Source of the DNA: Perna viridis
Lineage: Eukaryota
Length of the DNA stretch: 64,000 bases
Assembly: GCA_037379345.1 (NCBI GenBank)
Contig: CM074511.1
Coordinates: 24,907,171 to 24,971,170 of the forward strand
Direction of reading: 5' to 3'
Numbering within the stretch: the first letter of the stretch is position 1; each line of letters begins with the position of its first letter. The notes under the pieces are model-generated. The model searched no databases. It saw only the letters and a list, made by a program, of their open reading frames with translations, and was not told the DNA's origin. Positions 13,646 through 27,552 of this stretch are shown here, piece by piece. Both the position numbers and the translations under genes were made by a program.

Positions 13646-14439
13646 TTTTAATGCCTCATTACACTCCTGTTGAGCAAATAGCTTCTGTTTACAAGGTACT
13701 GTGGTTAGATTCATCAATTTTTGTTTAATACTTTATTGAGTATGTGATAATATGTTTAAATTCAGATCAGTAGGCATTTGGTCTGAATGCTATCACAAAC
13801 TTTGATAAATAAATTGGGTTAGTTTATGTTGACTCATAGACGTCAGACTCTTTGACGAATCTATTCTTACCTTATGACCTTAAGGTGTTATATAATTTTT
13901 TCTCATTATCACCTTTGAATATACTTATTGGAGCCCTAATTCAAACCTTAATGAATGGAAGGGGAAAGTCGCATTTGTCGGAATCCCATGTTCGTCTTCA
14001 TTCTATTGAGTCCAATAAGTAGTTTTTATCAACAGATTTAAATATTGAAAGAGAATAACCTGTTATAACCGTAGAGAACGTGTCAAACCTTCAGTGGTTA
14101 TAGTTTGCAAACTTTATCGGTAAAATATGGTAATCAACAAAGAAAGATAGCTGTATCAAAACTTGCCTTCAAAATATACTATTATAGCACAAGATAAGAC
14201 GTGAAATTCATAGTAGGTTCAAAAGTGTCCATATGTCCTCTATTTGGCTCACTAAATGACTGAAATTCTGAATGGATAAAGTTTGTTAATAAAACATTTG
14301 GACAAAATTTGTGAATGAATTCACCCTCCATTAATAAATCTAGAAACTGAGGGTATTTTCACACCTGTCTTGCTATATTACTATACAAGCCTGAGGATGT
14401 AACTTGTCACATAGTTACATGGACATTATTAAAATACTT

Positions 14440-14649
14440 TTAGGCCAAAAAAAATATGTCCATTACCTGCTTCCCTATCTATCCTTTTTTTTACCTCCTG
14501 TAATGTTTTATTGCTATTTTGGCTCGAGCACCTAAAACTATAGAACTCAACAATTTATTTTTTTGAAAATTAAAATAATATTCCTACCTACCTACCCTAT
14601 TTTGTTTCTGCTGGTTGATGGAAGCAAGGCTGTTATTACTTTGGCCTTA
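14440..14649. mobile_element. Degenerate MITE with TAGGCC...GGCCTTA ends
   Basis: taggccaaaa...cctgcttcc mirrors ggaagcaagg...tttggcctta. Confidence 0.5.
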
Positions 14650-17600
14650 TTGTATCTCTTTCTAGACCACACAATTCTGACCACACATCCCATTAGCCTA
14701 TAAGATGATAAGGCATTGTGTCCAAGCAATTTTACACGCTAAAACTATAATATTGGGGCAATGACCACTTCAAGGGTTTTAATAAAGCACATGTTGTCCA
14801 AACAATTTCTGTGCTTAAGAGTGAAAGATATCATGTGTGAGACACTTATAGGCAACAAGTACAGTTAGAGCACTGACCATTTCAAACCTGTTATACTTAT
14901 GGGTTTGCATCCAAAATGATTTTGTTCTTACTTGCAAAATTTGAATGACATGATTTGTGAACTTTCATTGTGATATTGACACTCTATTATTCTTCAAAAT
15001 ATTATAAGAAATAAAGGGCAAATGAATGTAGAACATAACGAAAAACTTTTATTCTTTTAATCATTAGATGAGTGCAGTTACCAGTTTTTCTGAATAGCTT
15101 GCAAACTGGAATCATATTGTGTTTTCTAGAACTGTTTATTTTGAAAAGTAAGATTTTAGTCAGTAAATGAACTGCTATTAAGGACTTTAGACTTTTGAAC
15201 TCAGTTATTGTTCTTTTAAGTGTGATTTTTAACTTTTTCAATGCTTAGTAGGCATATGATAAAACTCATTGGTCAAGGCAAGATTTCACAGCTTTATCGG
15301 TTACTATTTGGAAGTTACTTCAACCGTTAACATTAAAACAGTATTATGTAGTGATACATTAAATGAACTTCTATTTCACAGCAAACATGCATAGTTAATT
15401 GACTTTCTGTCTGTTTTTGCAAATGAATTTAAGTGCTTTTAGGGTTGTAGAGTTGATGTTAACATTAAGCTTGTGCTATGATCACTTGTAAAATATGACA
15501 TTGAACTTTTTTTGTTTGGAATAGTATCATAGACAGTTTATGACCTTTTTTAAATAATTGAGAACTTTACATGGCCTTAAGTTGCTTCATTGGTAACTTC
15601 TCATGGATGGGTTTGTTTATGTAGGATTGTCTATTTGATGATAATCACAGCAGTGGCTGGTAGAGATGGACAAAATCTTCTTAATGTGATGTCCCAGACA
15701 ATTGAGTTCAGAGACAAATGTTTATTATATAAGGTGAACACCACTGGACTCTATATTATTCCATGAGTCACATCACAGGGGTGTGTTTGTTTGTATATAA
15801 CTAAAATCTGTTTGATAATAATTATATAGCAACTGGTAGTGAAAGGCTGTTAGAATATATGTTACTAGCCATAATGCTGGGGTTTAATTGTAAAAACTTT
15901 GACCTCTTCTTGGGATGCCACCAGACATAATGTTGGGCCACAAAGAGGTGTTAGTTTTTATTAAATCTTATCTGATAGTTATTTAATGGAGGCTGGTGGT
16001 GATAGGCTACTTGTCCCAAAAATATCTTTTTTGCTTTTTCTTGTATGGATTATGAAGGGCTTTGACCACTTAATGCGCAAATGTAATAAGACAGCTCAGC
16101 TGATGGACTGGATGATCCTGATTGACCAAGTTTAGATTTGTTTATTTATCCCACAAAAAGCCATTTTAAAGTGTTATAGCAACTTATTGTTTTGCTGGGA
16201 CCATAACCATTTTATGTAAGATGTAAAATGAGCTGGGCTGGACTTCAAGTTACCCATTAATAACAAAATTAAGCTTATTTGTTTATGTAAGTAGAATATA
16301 TCATGTGCTAATGTTAGGGCGGAATATGGTTGTGCATATATTGAGAGGTCTATAACCATTTAATGTTAAAAGAAAAATAAACACAGATGTATCACTGGAC
16401 CTATGACTATCTTTAAAGAACAAAAAGAGAAAAAAAAAACATCAGAGGACTATATTTGTTTATATTTGAAGAGTTTATCTGATGATAAAGAAATGGTAAC
16501 TGTCAGAGATGAGTTATATGATCCAAGTTGTACAAAATTACACACAATTGTAAATAGTCATAAGAGAGGAAGTATTATTATCTAATGAGCTTGTTTGTTG
16601 TTCCATTTGAGATCTGTAGATATGGTTCTTTAGTATAATGAGTTTTCAGTATGGTCCCAGGGTCATTGAACTGTCCAGTTTGTTTAGATCGGTTTTGTTT
16701 GGCTGATTACTGACCTCAGAAACTGTACTCCACAATTTAGGTTGAGCTATATGTGAATTTTGAGACCTGAATTAAAAATGATTAAAAATCATTTTGAGTC
16801 ATTTTAGGTTTCATTGATGCTTAAGAGAAGCTGTCATTTAATGTTTTTCTGTTTTGTTTGTTTGGATTATATTTCAGGTTTTTCACCCAGGTTATGGTCC
16901 TTAAACAAACCATGAAGATGATTTCAGTCTCTTTTTGTACTGTTTATTTCAACAAAGGACCCATCATTGGACTTTCATTGGTGTTAATTATAATTCTGCA
17001 GACAAAATACTTAATTAAAATCTTGTTAAAATTCATGTTGCTTACGTGATCACATTCTTTAAAATATTTCTGGAGTAAGTGAGATTTTATAATGTATAAT
17101 TTATTGTAATAATGAGTAAGTAATTTGTACATAAAGATTGTGCCAAACAAAAAGTTTGAATCATAATGATACTGAAAAATAAAGATTATTTTTTGTCCCT
17201 TGCATGCTTTTGGCATAAAATACTATTTGTATGAAGTGTAACTAAAGATTAAGGTCTAAAAAAGGGTCTGTGCCTTGCACGGCAGTAACCGAATTTCATT
17301 AGAACTTTTTTTGCCCTATGTGAAAGAAATCTGAAATGTATAAAGAAGATAAATGTATTTCAAACAATTTTATGTTTTGTTTGGGGTGCTAATGTCACTG
17401 TGATAATAAAACAGGCAGTTACAATTTTCCACATAATGAATTTAAACACACAAAAAGGTAATTAGCAGATATCCATAATAGATTTGGGGGTATAATTTTC
17501 ATGGAAAATTAAGATCTCAATATTTCGTATTATGAACATTTCATTGAAAATTAATTTCCTTCAAAAGCATAGCCTTGGATTTCATGTAGATTGATTATTT

Positions 17601-20308
17601 GATATGTATCAGGTTGGCTTAGCTTTCACTGTGAACAAACTTCGCTACTGTTAGTTGCTGACTAAGACGAAATCTACAGTAACATGGTAAATTTTTACAA
17701 ATCTCCTCTTACACATCTACAGATCGCATATCTTTGCACATTTTAAAAAATGTAAATTTAAAATATTTCAAATGGCTTGTTTTGTGTTATCGTAAAATCA
17801 CTACAACTAATACATCAAAGACATTTATTTTTTTCTTGAAATTGGTATTAAAGAAATTTCTGTATGGTGTTGACAAGATAAGACCAATAAATTTAGTAAA
17901 TGAAGTAAGATTTTCAATAAGATCATTTAGTAGCATCTAGTTTATCTATAAATAGAATTTTTCTACTTGTATGAGAATTTCTACATCTCTTGCATATTTT
18001 TAACATCAACTGCAGAAATTGCATGGAATATCAATTTAGAAAATTCTTGTACTTGGGAGAAAGAAATAACATCTCTCTGGTTGAAAGTTATGTCATTAAA
18101 CAAGCAAAAAACATTACTGCCTCTGAGAGAAAACAACAACAAAGCAACATTTATGTTTTTGTACCTTGTGGGGTCATATTTACTTAATGCTGCTCTAAAA
18201 AGGTTATATAAGTGGAATTCCAGAAAAGTAGCTGATAACTATTTCATCCATTTGTAAATGTACTTATAATCAGTTGTGTTGGCTTCAGACAAATGTTCTT
18301 TGTTTTTTTTTCTCTATTTTTGTGGTCTTGGTTAGCTAGAGATTATCTTGCAATTTGTTCTCTCTTGCTTGTAATTTTGAAATGTCAATTATTGATGCAG
18401 CACATAAATGAAGTTCTCTTCCTTATGATTTAGTGTACACCTGTATAACCTTTAAAAAAACCTTTGTATGTACCTGGAGGAATATTAGTTTAGATAATTG
18501 TTTTATCCATTTGTTGGTTAATGGGCATTACAAATGTTGTGTAATATTATGTTGCTTTGGTGAGAAGACATCATTTCTTGTCTGTCTGTCTATTCATCTG
18601 TCCATTTTACAGATTATCATTGCAACTCTTTTGGAACTTCTCAACCAAATTTTATGAAACTTGGTAGGTTATACATCTTTGAATCAGAAATGTTTCCATA
18701 TATTTACAATGGTTTGTGGGAAGGAGGACATTTATTTAATTTTTTTGCTCTTTCTGTCTTGCAGATTGCACTGGTATCACCAAGTGAAATGCTTTGTTTG
18801 TACTATCCCTGTGATTTGGCTCTTTCTCATATTGTGGTTTACTGTTTAGGATTGGCTTGCTAACATAGCATAATCTTTATGCTGCAAAAAGATTAGGATG
18901 AAAACTTAACTCATATTGGCATAATTGACCTGTTCATGGAAGCTTGGTGCTTTTTCATTAACCCAAAATGCACTTTCTTTCTTTGTTTTATACTGAGGAC
19001 GTGTAAATGATTGCTTTTCAAGCCCAAGATCTCTGTTACCACTCATTTATGACTGTGTTTTCAATACGGTTTGACGTCATTATTTGCAGTTAGTTAACAG
19101 CAAAATATTTTCTGGTGTTTGATGATTATTGGGGAATAATTATTCAACAGAGGGGGTCTGCATTGTCACTAATCATTTACTACTGTATAATATGAAGTAC
19201 ATGTGTACATAGAGAAGATTGTTTACTTGCAGAAATGTTTCAGCTGATTAAGAAATTTGCTGGGCAATTTCATTTCAACATTTCAACATTGAAATTTCAT
19301 GCAGATTCTTCAATTAGTTGTCAGAAAATAGTATAAATATGTTGCATACAATACATATGCAACATTTCAAACTTCATGATTAGCAGGTTGTTTTTTATGA
19401 CCTTGGGTTCAACAACCTTCATGCTTATGCACAGAAATGCATTTGGAGAATAAACTGCATTTTTTCTGTGATGAAAATAAAATACTAGTTATATTGAATG
19501 GCACTAAAATAACATGGCATGAATGTCCTTGGTTTTGTACTCTAACTGTTCACTAGGCAATTAACTCTAGCCTTTGGATAATCTTCTAAGCCCATTTTAG
19601 AATTAGAATCAATTGGCATGATCAAACACATGTGCACAGCATCTGACTTTGACAATTTCACAACTTAATGTACCTTTCAAAATACATGTAATTTTTAAAT
19701 GACATGGGTTCATGAACTAGGAATTGCTTTAACATCGATTTGGTAGATATTAAAGCATTGCTTTAATCTCAGGTCATATTTCTGACTCCTTTCTTGATCC
19801 TATTTGTAGAAGATTAGCTACTAATAGTTTGAATTCACCCTGAGCTAGAATCTGGAAAGACAATACAGAATTATATCATTTCTACAATTTTTAGCCACAG
19901 CTAAAACCTGAAATTTGCCCAAATCTGTTAAGATGATATGGTTAATCCTGCTATTGTCATTAACCCATCTTCAGTCAGTAATGTGTCACCTACATTCTTT
20001 AACTAGTTGGTTTATTACCCTCTGTATTTGGTTTCATTGATCTTTGATCTGCATTCTCTTTGATTGCCATAGAAAGTGGGTTATGGTAATACATGTACTG
20101 CTCAGAATGAAAGGTAATCCAGTGTCAGTATGTTCTACCATTGCCATGAGGTTATATTGGATGCATTGTTTTAGTGTATGAGAATTACAGACATGCAAGA
20201 GATTAATTCTTTGTTGAACTTATTAAATGCTTAGAATAAGTAGAATAATCATTTTTTTAACCATTCTATTTTTATTTGAATAATTTTTATCCTTTATTTT
20301 ATTTTCAG

Positions 20309-20349
20309 ACAAGATATATGTCGGTCACCACATAAATGTGATACTTTAG
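20309..20349 (+). CDS. ADAMTS9: ADAMTS exon, catalytic domain: (R)QDICRSPHKCDTL(G)
   Basis: ttttattttcag|ACAAGAT...ACTTTAG|gtaagt; 41 nt, phase 2 to 1; conserved DIC...CDTLG motif. Confidence 0.93.
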
Positions 20350-23300
20350 GTAAGTACTTACTTTGCATAGGGGATAAAAGGAGCAGGGGACAGAAACAGT
20401 GAATGATTGTAGGTGATAAAGGAATAAGGGACAGAAATAGTGAGAGGCAATCTAAAAAACAAACAAACAAACAAAAAAACACTGATTACTGCATCAAGCA
20501 CCCAATGCCATCATTGAATCACAGAGGAGATGATGTTGGAAAGTTTTCAGAATGAGCTTTCATAACCTGTTATATATCATATGTGTTATGAAAGTTTTTG
20601 TTATGTATTATGTTAATATACTAGCAATTCAGATGTACTAAAACAATTTTTTCATCATATGATTTAATGCATGAGCATTAAAATTTGTGCTTTACTGAAT
20701 GAACTGTACAATTTCTGAAGACTTTCTTAGGGAATGACATTGGTTTCCCAGATCGTGGAAAAGTAAGTGTCAATAGGTCAAAACACAGTTGTGATTGAAC
20801 AAACCTTAAGCTTGCTTCAGGTCTGGGAGCAAATTCTAAATTGATAGATGGATTAACATGCTTTTGGAAACCACCTGAACAAAATATATTATTATGCTTT
20901 TGGTATTTTCCCTATAGCATCTTCTCAGTTTCAAACCCATCAATGAGTATATTTTAGAATCTTAATTATAAAATAAATTATGAAAAAATTCTAGATTTTT
21001 CATAAGACTGCCGCTTCAATTGATGTTAAAATCTTTGTGACACTTGAAAAAGTTTTAAGGCTCCTGTGTCCATTGTTTCCTTTATCCTTTCTTTTGTTAC
21101 TGGATGAATATTTTATGTGATGGAAGCCCAAAGGAGTAAATATCTTTCGGAATTATCAGAGGCTTTCCCTTCATTCTTTAATTTAATAACCAAGTATCAA
21201 AATATCATAAATTTACTGCTTATGGCTCTGTAACCATAAAATTTGTGTTTTCCAATAGAGTTTTACTAGTCTTACAACAAAAGAAGCTAAAAGGATGATA
21301 GTAGGAACAGATGTTCCCATCCAAAGCTCATTGGGGATGACCAGCTTTACTCTCCACCACCTTGTTATAAACTTAGATACATTTGTAGAGTCACCACACA
21401 GACAATGCAGGTGTGACATGGTACAAATGATTGTCAATGTTCATTTTGATCTGTGACCATCTTCAAATGATTGTCATTGGTTTGTTCTGATCAATGTGGA
21501 TGTATAACACCATCAAAGTCCGATCATTGATTGGATATTGCAATCCAATCGGTCAGTTAGCAGGGAGGAAAATGTGATTGGCCTCTGTTAGTTATGGTCA
21601 GATATCAAAGTTGATTGTCTTCTTATAATCACTTGTCGGTAGTAATTGATTTATGATTAATTACACATCTGTGCAGTTCTCATCAGAAAAAAAAAGAGGG
21701 GCAAATTTTAAAGTGTTTTCTTTTTGGTTGACCACTATCTTGAAGCCAATGTTGATATATTTTTTATTGCATTTTTTCATGTATTTGTTTATAAAATGAC
21801 AATTTAAAAAAGTCAACCATCTTTACAGGTTTTTCGAAAGTTCCAGGAGTAGCCATCCATAGATTCCAAAGTAGGTGGCAAAAATTTCAATGAATCAGGT
21901 GGAAATTGCCACCTACTGCCTACTGTTTCAACTGAACATACTAGAAAACTATATCTAAAATCAAATTTGTCCTGAATTTTTATCAAATCAATCAAGGTTT
22001 ATACATTTTGAACCTGTGTATAACACTTACCTGTCTAAACTAGGCAAAATCTGCTTATTGTAAGAAATAACAAAGTTAATGTCATTTTCTGTCATTGACA
22101 AGGGATTTTTTTGGCCTGTTAAAGGCTAGACAACATACTGATATGCTAGTTTTAAGGTTTTACTGTAATGATGTACCAAATTAAGATAGTTAAGGATATC
22201 CTAAACTTGGAAGGCATTAAAAAGTATGTTATTAGCTTAAATATCTGGATCAGTCGCATATTTTTGCATTATATCATAATGCAGTAGAATATCGTAATGA
22301 GGACTTTTGCAACTTGTGAAAGCAGACTTTAAAGGACCATAGAGTTGGTTATAGATAGAGTTTCTCTTTGATGTTATGAACTTTTTGAGGTTTGATTATT
22401 TACGGTGTTATGTCACGGGATTTCATTCATATTTATGTAAACAATCATCATAAAAAGTAAATAAATAAACCTTGAAAATTTGTGAATTTGCTCAAATAGT
22501 TTAAATGTTTAATGCGGAGGGTCTGCCTTTTATGCTCACAGTTTTTATAGCTATTGAGTATTTTGAAGCTCCGTGTTATGTTGTTTTTTTTTAGAAGAAT
22601 ATAACATTAAGAGGTCCTTCTTTAAACTGAGGAGCAAATAAAAGCTCAAGTAGGATATAAAGTCTTGTATATCATTTTGACAAAGTTGCTTTTATATTGG
22701 TTTTTTAAAAAGATTTGCTGTTTTAGCTGAAAACTGAGTAATTATGAAAGGTCCATTTTGTAACATAAGAATGTATTAGTTAAAAGATTAAGTGTCTGTC
22801 ACTGTAAGAATCAGGCAGTAGATGATACATGGTATGAAAAAAAAACATCATTTTGATAGTGTAATTTGACTGTTTGCACTATCAGAATCAAGGAAAACAG
22901 ACAGGATTTTCCATATCATGTTGGTGCATTGAGTTATAATTTCACTGAAATGCACTGAAAATAAACATTTCAAGTCCAGATAGCTCTGTCAAAAGCCTTA
23001 TTTTTCTAACAGTCTATTGAAAAATTTCTGAGCAAAGCCAGTGATGCAGAGATCAAATAATGGTCTTTTCAAGTAGAGAAAGTATCCTTTAGTGGTATTT
23101 TATTGTCAATTTGGTGGGTTTTGACATGCATGTTTCTGATTTTTCCTATTTTGCCTGATTCTTACAAACACTTACACTTAAAGCTGTAAATTTAAAATGA
23201 TCCATCTAAAGGACTAACTATTGCTATACAGATAATTACTTCTTTAGAGGAGATAATATTTAGATTATGTTAGGATCTTGATAATCATATTCAAGGAGTT

Positions 23301-23451
23301 TAATTTTATATCTTCTTATGAAAAAACTTTGACTAACTTAAAATGATTGTCCCTAATTTGTTTGGATCAACATGGATATATTACGGGGGCAGATCCAGAA
23401 AATTTTAAAAAGGTGGGGTTCCAGAGGAGTTCCAGAAAAAATGGAGGTGTT

Positions 23452-23581
23452 GCTGACTATCTTTTGTTATTTCTGGCCTAATTTTTCATGATATTGAAAA
23501 AATTTTCAAATAAAAGGCTGACTATCTTTTGTTATTTCTGGCCTAATTTTTCATGATATTGAAAAAATTTTCAAATAAAAG
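23452..23581 (+). repeat. Perfect 65-bp tandem duplication
   Basis: gctgactatcttttgttatttctggcc...ttttcaaataaaag occurs at 23452 and 23517, inside a ggggcagatcca...tggatctg-bounded element. Confidence 0.95.
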
Positions 23582-25214
23582 GGTGGTGGATCTGTTCAAT
23601 TCTGTTCAGACATTTTGGTATATCAGTTTTTAATTGCATCTGACTGGTATTTTCTAGCAATAACCATTTATAATACATGTACAATTTTTAGGAGATTAGA
23701 GGCTTAGGAGCAGGGGTTTAAAAAAATATATAAAATTTTGAAGGAAAGATTAAAGCAAATTATCGTTTGAGAAATTTGCTCCCTGACTTCCCAATGCTTG
23801 AATAAAACAATGATATGAAAATATTTTAACTAAATTTCAAGTCTTTCCCTTTACATCACCTACAACAAAGTGCTCTATAAATTCACTAATTCAAATGTCA
23901 TCGTGTCCTGTTTCAATGAATTATCCCAATTTTTTTGTTGTAATAAACAACCAATTGTGCACATTCCTATTCTGTGATGAAGATGCAATTTTTATGTTCT
24001 TGCAAGTCATTTTTTCCTTGTCTGTGAAGTTGTTAAGCTTTTGATTGATAATTACATGCAATAGGCAAGCATGCAATGAATTTATACCTCCATGTTATAA
24101 TATAATGTTCCCTTGAGTCTTCCTTTCTACATTACTTTGCATGTTATGTGGTTTGAAATTTGATGTGGTATTGTCATCCTTTGGGGAAAATGGACACTCA
24201 TTTATTTCACACCTTCTTGTTTTGTACGGTTTTGTGACAGTAATTCTTCTAATTTGTACTTAAAATCCTTAGTAGGGTGAAAGACTTCAGTTAGGGGACA
24301 CTTCAACCAACATTATAATAAGTGTCTATTGTGTTATATTTTGTGGCCACTGGCTTCTTGCACTAGTTTCATAGCCAAGTATTTTCTGTTGTAGATTAGC
24401 CAGTGATGACTAGAGAAATGTATTACATGAAATAAAGTTATTTTTATGCAAAAAGATGCAATGTTACTAATTATTACTTGTATTTGTAGCAATATTACTG
24501 ACTTTGTGTGTTATTGTTTGTAAATCAGTATAAACAGTACCATGGTGCTGAACAATATAGTTTTTATTGTTGAGATATTGGCTTTGACTTTCTGCCATAA
24601 TATTTGAGTACTTGTATCTGTGAAAGGTCACTTCTATAGATTTCAAATAATTAAAGGAAAAAAAGATGTGAAACAATTCATTAACATTTTTTTTTAGAAG
24701 AAATGAACACAAAGTTCAGTATTATTACAGTGGACTGTAGATGACTTTCACATTTGCCATTTATGCCAAATCTGGTAGAAACTGGTTTACAGTTTTAGAC
24801 TAGACAAAGAAAGGATATCAGATTTGAAGGCTACAAGAACAGTAATAATTGTGCAGAAATATATCTTCAAACATTAAAATATGGGAAATGCTTTTATAAT
24901 ATATGTATCATTTTATGTATTCCTGACAGTAATCAAATCAAGTTTCGGTTCCCATGGCTCCCATTGAAATGTCACCCAATCTTACATCTGCTGACCCCAA
25001 TTGATCTCAATATAATTAAAGAACTTTTCCAGAATGGAAGTAAATGTGAAAGTCATCTTTGGTGTGCTACTTTGTTACAACAGTATGTGTCAGAGATTGA
25101 ACTTCGGACCCAAGGCACTGTTAGACAATGCTCAACCAAGTTGGCTAATGGTCCTCCACAAAAAACACAGCTAATATCAGTATGATGTATTCATGTATTA
25201 TTTTTTATTTGCAG

Positions 25215-25320
25215 GATTAGCTGAAGTTGGGACCATGTGTGATCCACTAAAGAGTTGTTCAATCATTGAAGATAATGGGATCAGTGCTGCATATACCATT
25301 GCTCATGAATTAGGACATGT
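25215..25320 (+). CDS. ADAMTS9: ADAMTS exon, catalytic domain: (G)[34 protein letters not shown](V)
   Basis: tatttgcag|...|gtaagt; 106 nt, phase 1 to 2; contains HExxH. Confidence 0.97.
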
Positions 25321-27319
25321 GTAAGTGTTAGGACACATGATTTGTAGACTGCATATAAAAGAAGCTTGAAATGTGTATGAATGGATTGTTGTGGTGCAGT
25401 TCTCATGGGCTGTACAGAAATGAATGTAAATGCTACTATTGTCTGATATGACATGACCATGTCAAAATTTGTAAGTTGTTGGGTTTATAAATGGTGTTAA
25501 TAATGACCCTTTCATGTTAATATTCGAGCAGGCTTTGTTATTACTTCTCCAAGATAAATGTTACAATTTCCTTTAAAATTTGGTTAAATTCTGTGAAACT
25601 TTTACTTGAAAGTGTTGTATTTAACTTGCAAAAGTAAATAGTCTGCTCAAAAGAAGCACTAATTTGTCGATTTTCTACTACAACACCTCTGAGCATTCTG
25701 ACAAAATGAATCGGTGGTAGAAATTAATACTATTCTCCTAGATATTAAAACTTAAATGGGATGTAAACATCATTTGGTTTATAGTTGTTCTTGGATCAAG
25801 TTCTTTAAGTAGGCTCTGCCCTTATTTCAGATAAATGATATACTATAATAAACAAACTTTAGCTAACCATATTGATATATGGGCAAAGGTTCTAATTCAT
25901 GCCTTGCTGTTAAGTAGAAATGCTACCCATGTAAATTTTTTCTCTGGAACACACCTGTCCCCTTTCATACTTGAGACTGTTATTTCATCAAGGTTATCAA
26001 GTTTTTAAACAAGAATTTACATTTTGACTTCACTTCGCATTGTGTACCTTGCAGTTACTCAAGTTGGGTCAAGATCAATTGTAGGCTAGAAATAACGGCT
26101 TGATAAAGACTTGATCTTTTATGTTCTGAATTCTTGGTTTAATATTTCATTTATATTTGTTTGGGATACTTGTATTTATGAAGATTCTGATGGTCTTCAG
26201 TAGTTTCGTATGTCCAGGCATAAATCTTCACTGATGAATTCAGGGATATTATTAGATTGGATTGTTTCCGTAATGTTTGTGTTGGTACGTATATTTATGA
26301 TGCTCCTTTTGGTTTGCAGTGTTCTCATCTGTCGTTACATAAATCTTCTCTGATTGTTCATTTGAGAATTGTAAGGGCTTTGGGTTAGTGACTTTAACTA
26401 CGAGGTGTATTTGAGGTGTATTCGTAAAGTGTATTTTAGGATTGGGTTTCTCATACATCACTGCAGTTAAAAGATGGTTTCAGAAATTTAGGTTAACGAC
26501 AAGTAACTATTTTAATTGTTAAAATAAGGTCAAAGATGTCTTCCTATAAAAGGTTAGATAATACCAGTCTGTTTTTAATTCTTAAAAGCTGCTTTTCTTT
26601 GCTTTGCCAAGACATGCTTTCTGTAAGAATGGTTTTAAATTTTATGAAGTTGGCAAGATCATGTAATCAGAATGTTTAAAGTGCCTTCATGTAAGTGTTT
26701 CAGACGTTTTGGTAAAATATAGACAAAACATTTTTAGTAGAATATCATATCTTTGGCTGATAATCAATGTTTTTGTTTTGTTTTCTAACCAAATAAAAAA
26801 GAATATACAAAACTGCAAAAGTCATATGTACTTTTTAAATGATCGAAATTTATTCTCAAGACGTTTTCAATTGTACCATTAAAAGTACATATTACTTAAT
26901 TACTCCAATGATTAAGCGACATGCAAATTTAATTGTTCCCTAATAATAGCAAATCACGATCTTACACATGTAAAATGGATATTTAACTGCTCAGTATTTG
27001 TTGTTGTGTATTTATATGGCTTTGTAACTAACATTGTCTTGTCAGTTCCTGTTTCAAATGTACTTTAAGATATAGATCTAAAACCATCAGGGCACCTAAT
27101 GACCTCCATGTATATATGTAGATATACTTATGGTCTATCATGTGCAGTATTCTTCTGAAATAGATATCCTTTAATGTAAAGGGATATCATTGCTTAAACA
27201 TTGTCTTGTCTGGTATGGAGGGGATCCTTATATTAGGTTGGCACTGTAAGAGTTAAAAACTCAGGTTAAGTTGTTGGCAGTCTAGGATAGGAGCCTTATC
27301 AAAGTCTGATTTCGTCAGA

Positions 27320-27552
27320 GCTTTAGACAGTTGTTTTGCAGTCCAACCCTATTTGGTGGGCTCATTATGTTAAAAGCTTTAGACTGACTTCTCTTGCTGT
27401 TCAGCCCTATTTGGTGAGCTCATTATGTTAAAAGCTTAAGACTTACCTCTCTTGCTGTTCAGCCCTATTTGGTGGGCTTATTATGTTAAAAGCTTTAGAC
27501 TGACTTCTCTTGCTGTTCAGCCCTATTTGGTGGGCTTATTATGTTAAAAGCT
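27320..27552 (+). repeat. 58-bp minisatellite, 4 copies, with decayed flanking units
   Basis: Units start at 27320, 27376, 27434 and 27492; core ccctatttggtgggctcattatgttaaaagct. Confidence 0.92.

Noticed and set aside
1-20308. Search for the preceding ADAMTS exon (FCxWQ...HDxAxLLTR) or a nested gene
   Set aside because: None found by eye; the short ORFs here look like random AT-rich translations. A small or divergent exon could have been missed.
21260-21457. Open stretch after a ccaatag acceptor, sharing the 14-mer caggtgtgacatgg with 6082-6095
   Set aside because: No ADAMTS-like content, and exons 20309 and 25215 already join perfectly; the 14-mer match is not extendable.
26150-26470. Possible decayed LINE ORF2 C-terminal fragment on the minus strand
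   Set aside because: Only a vague resemblance; needs a TBLASTX/Dfam search.
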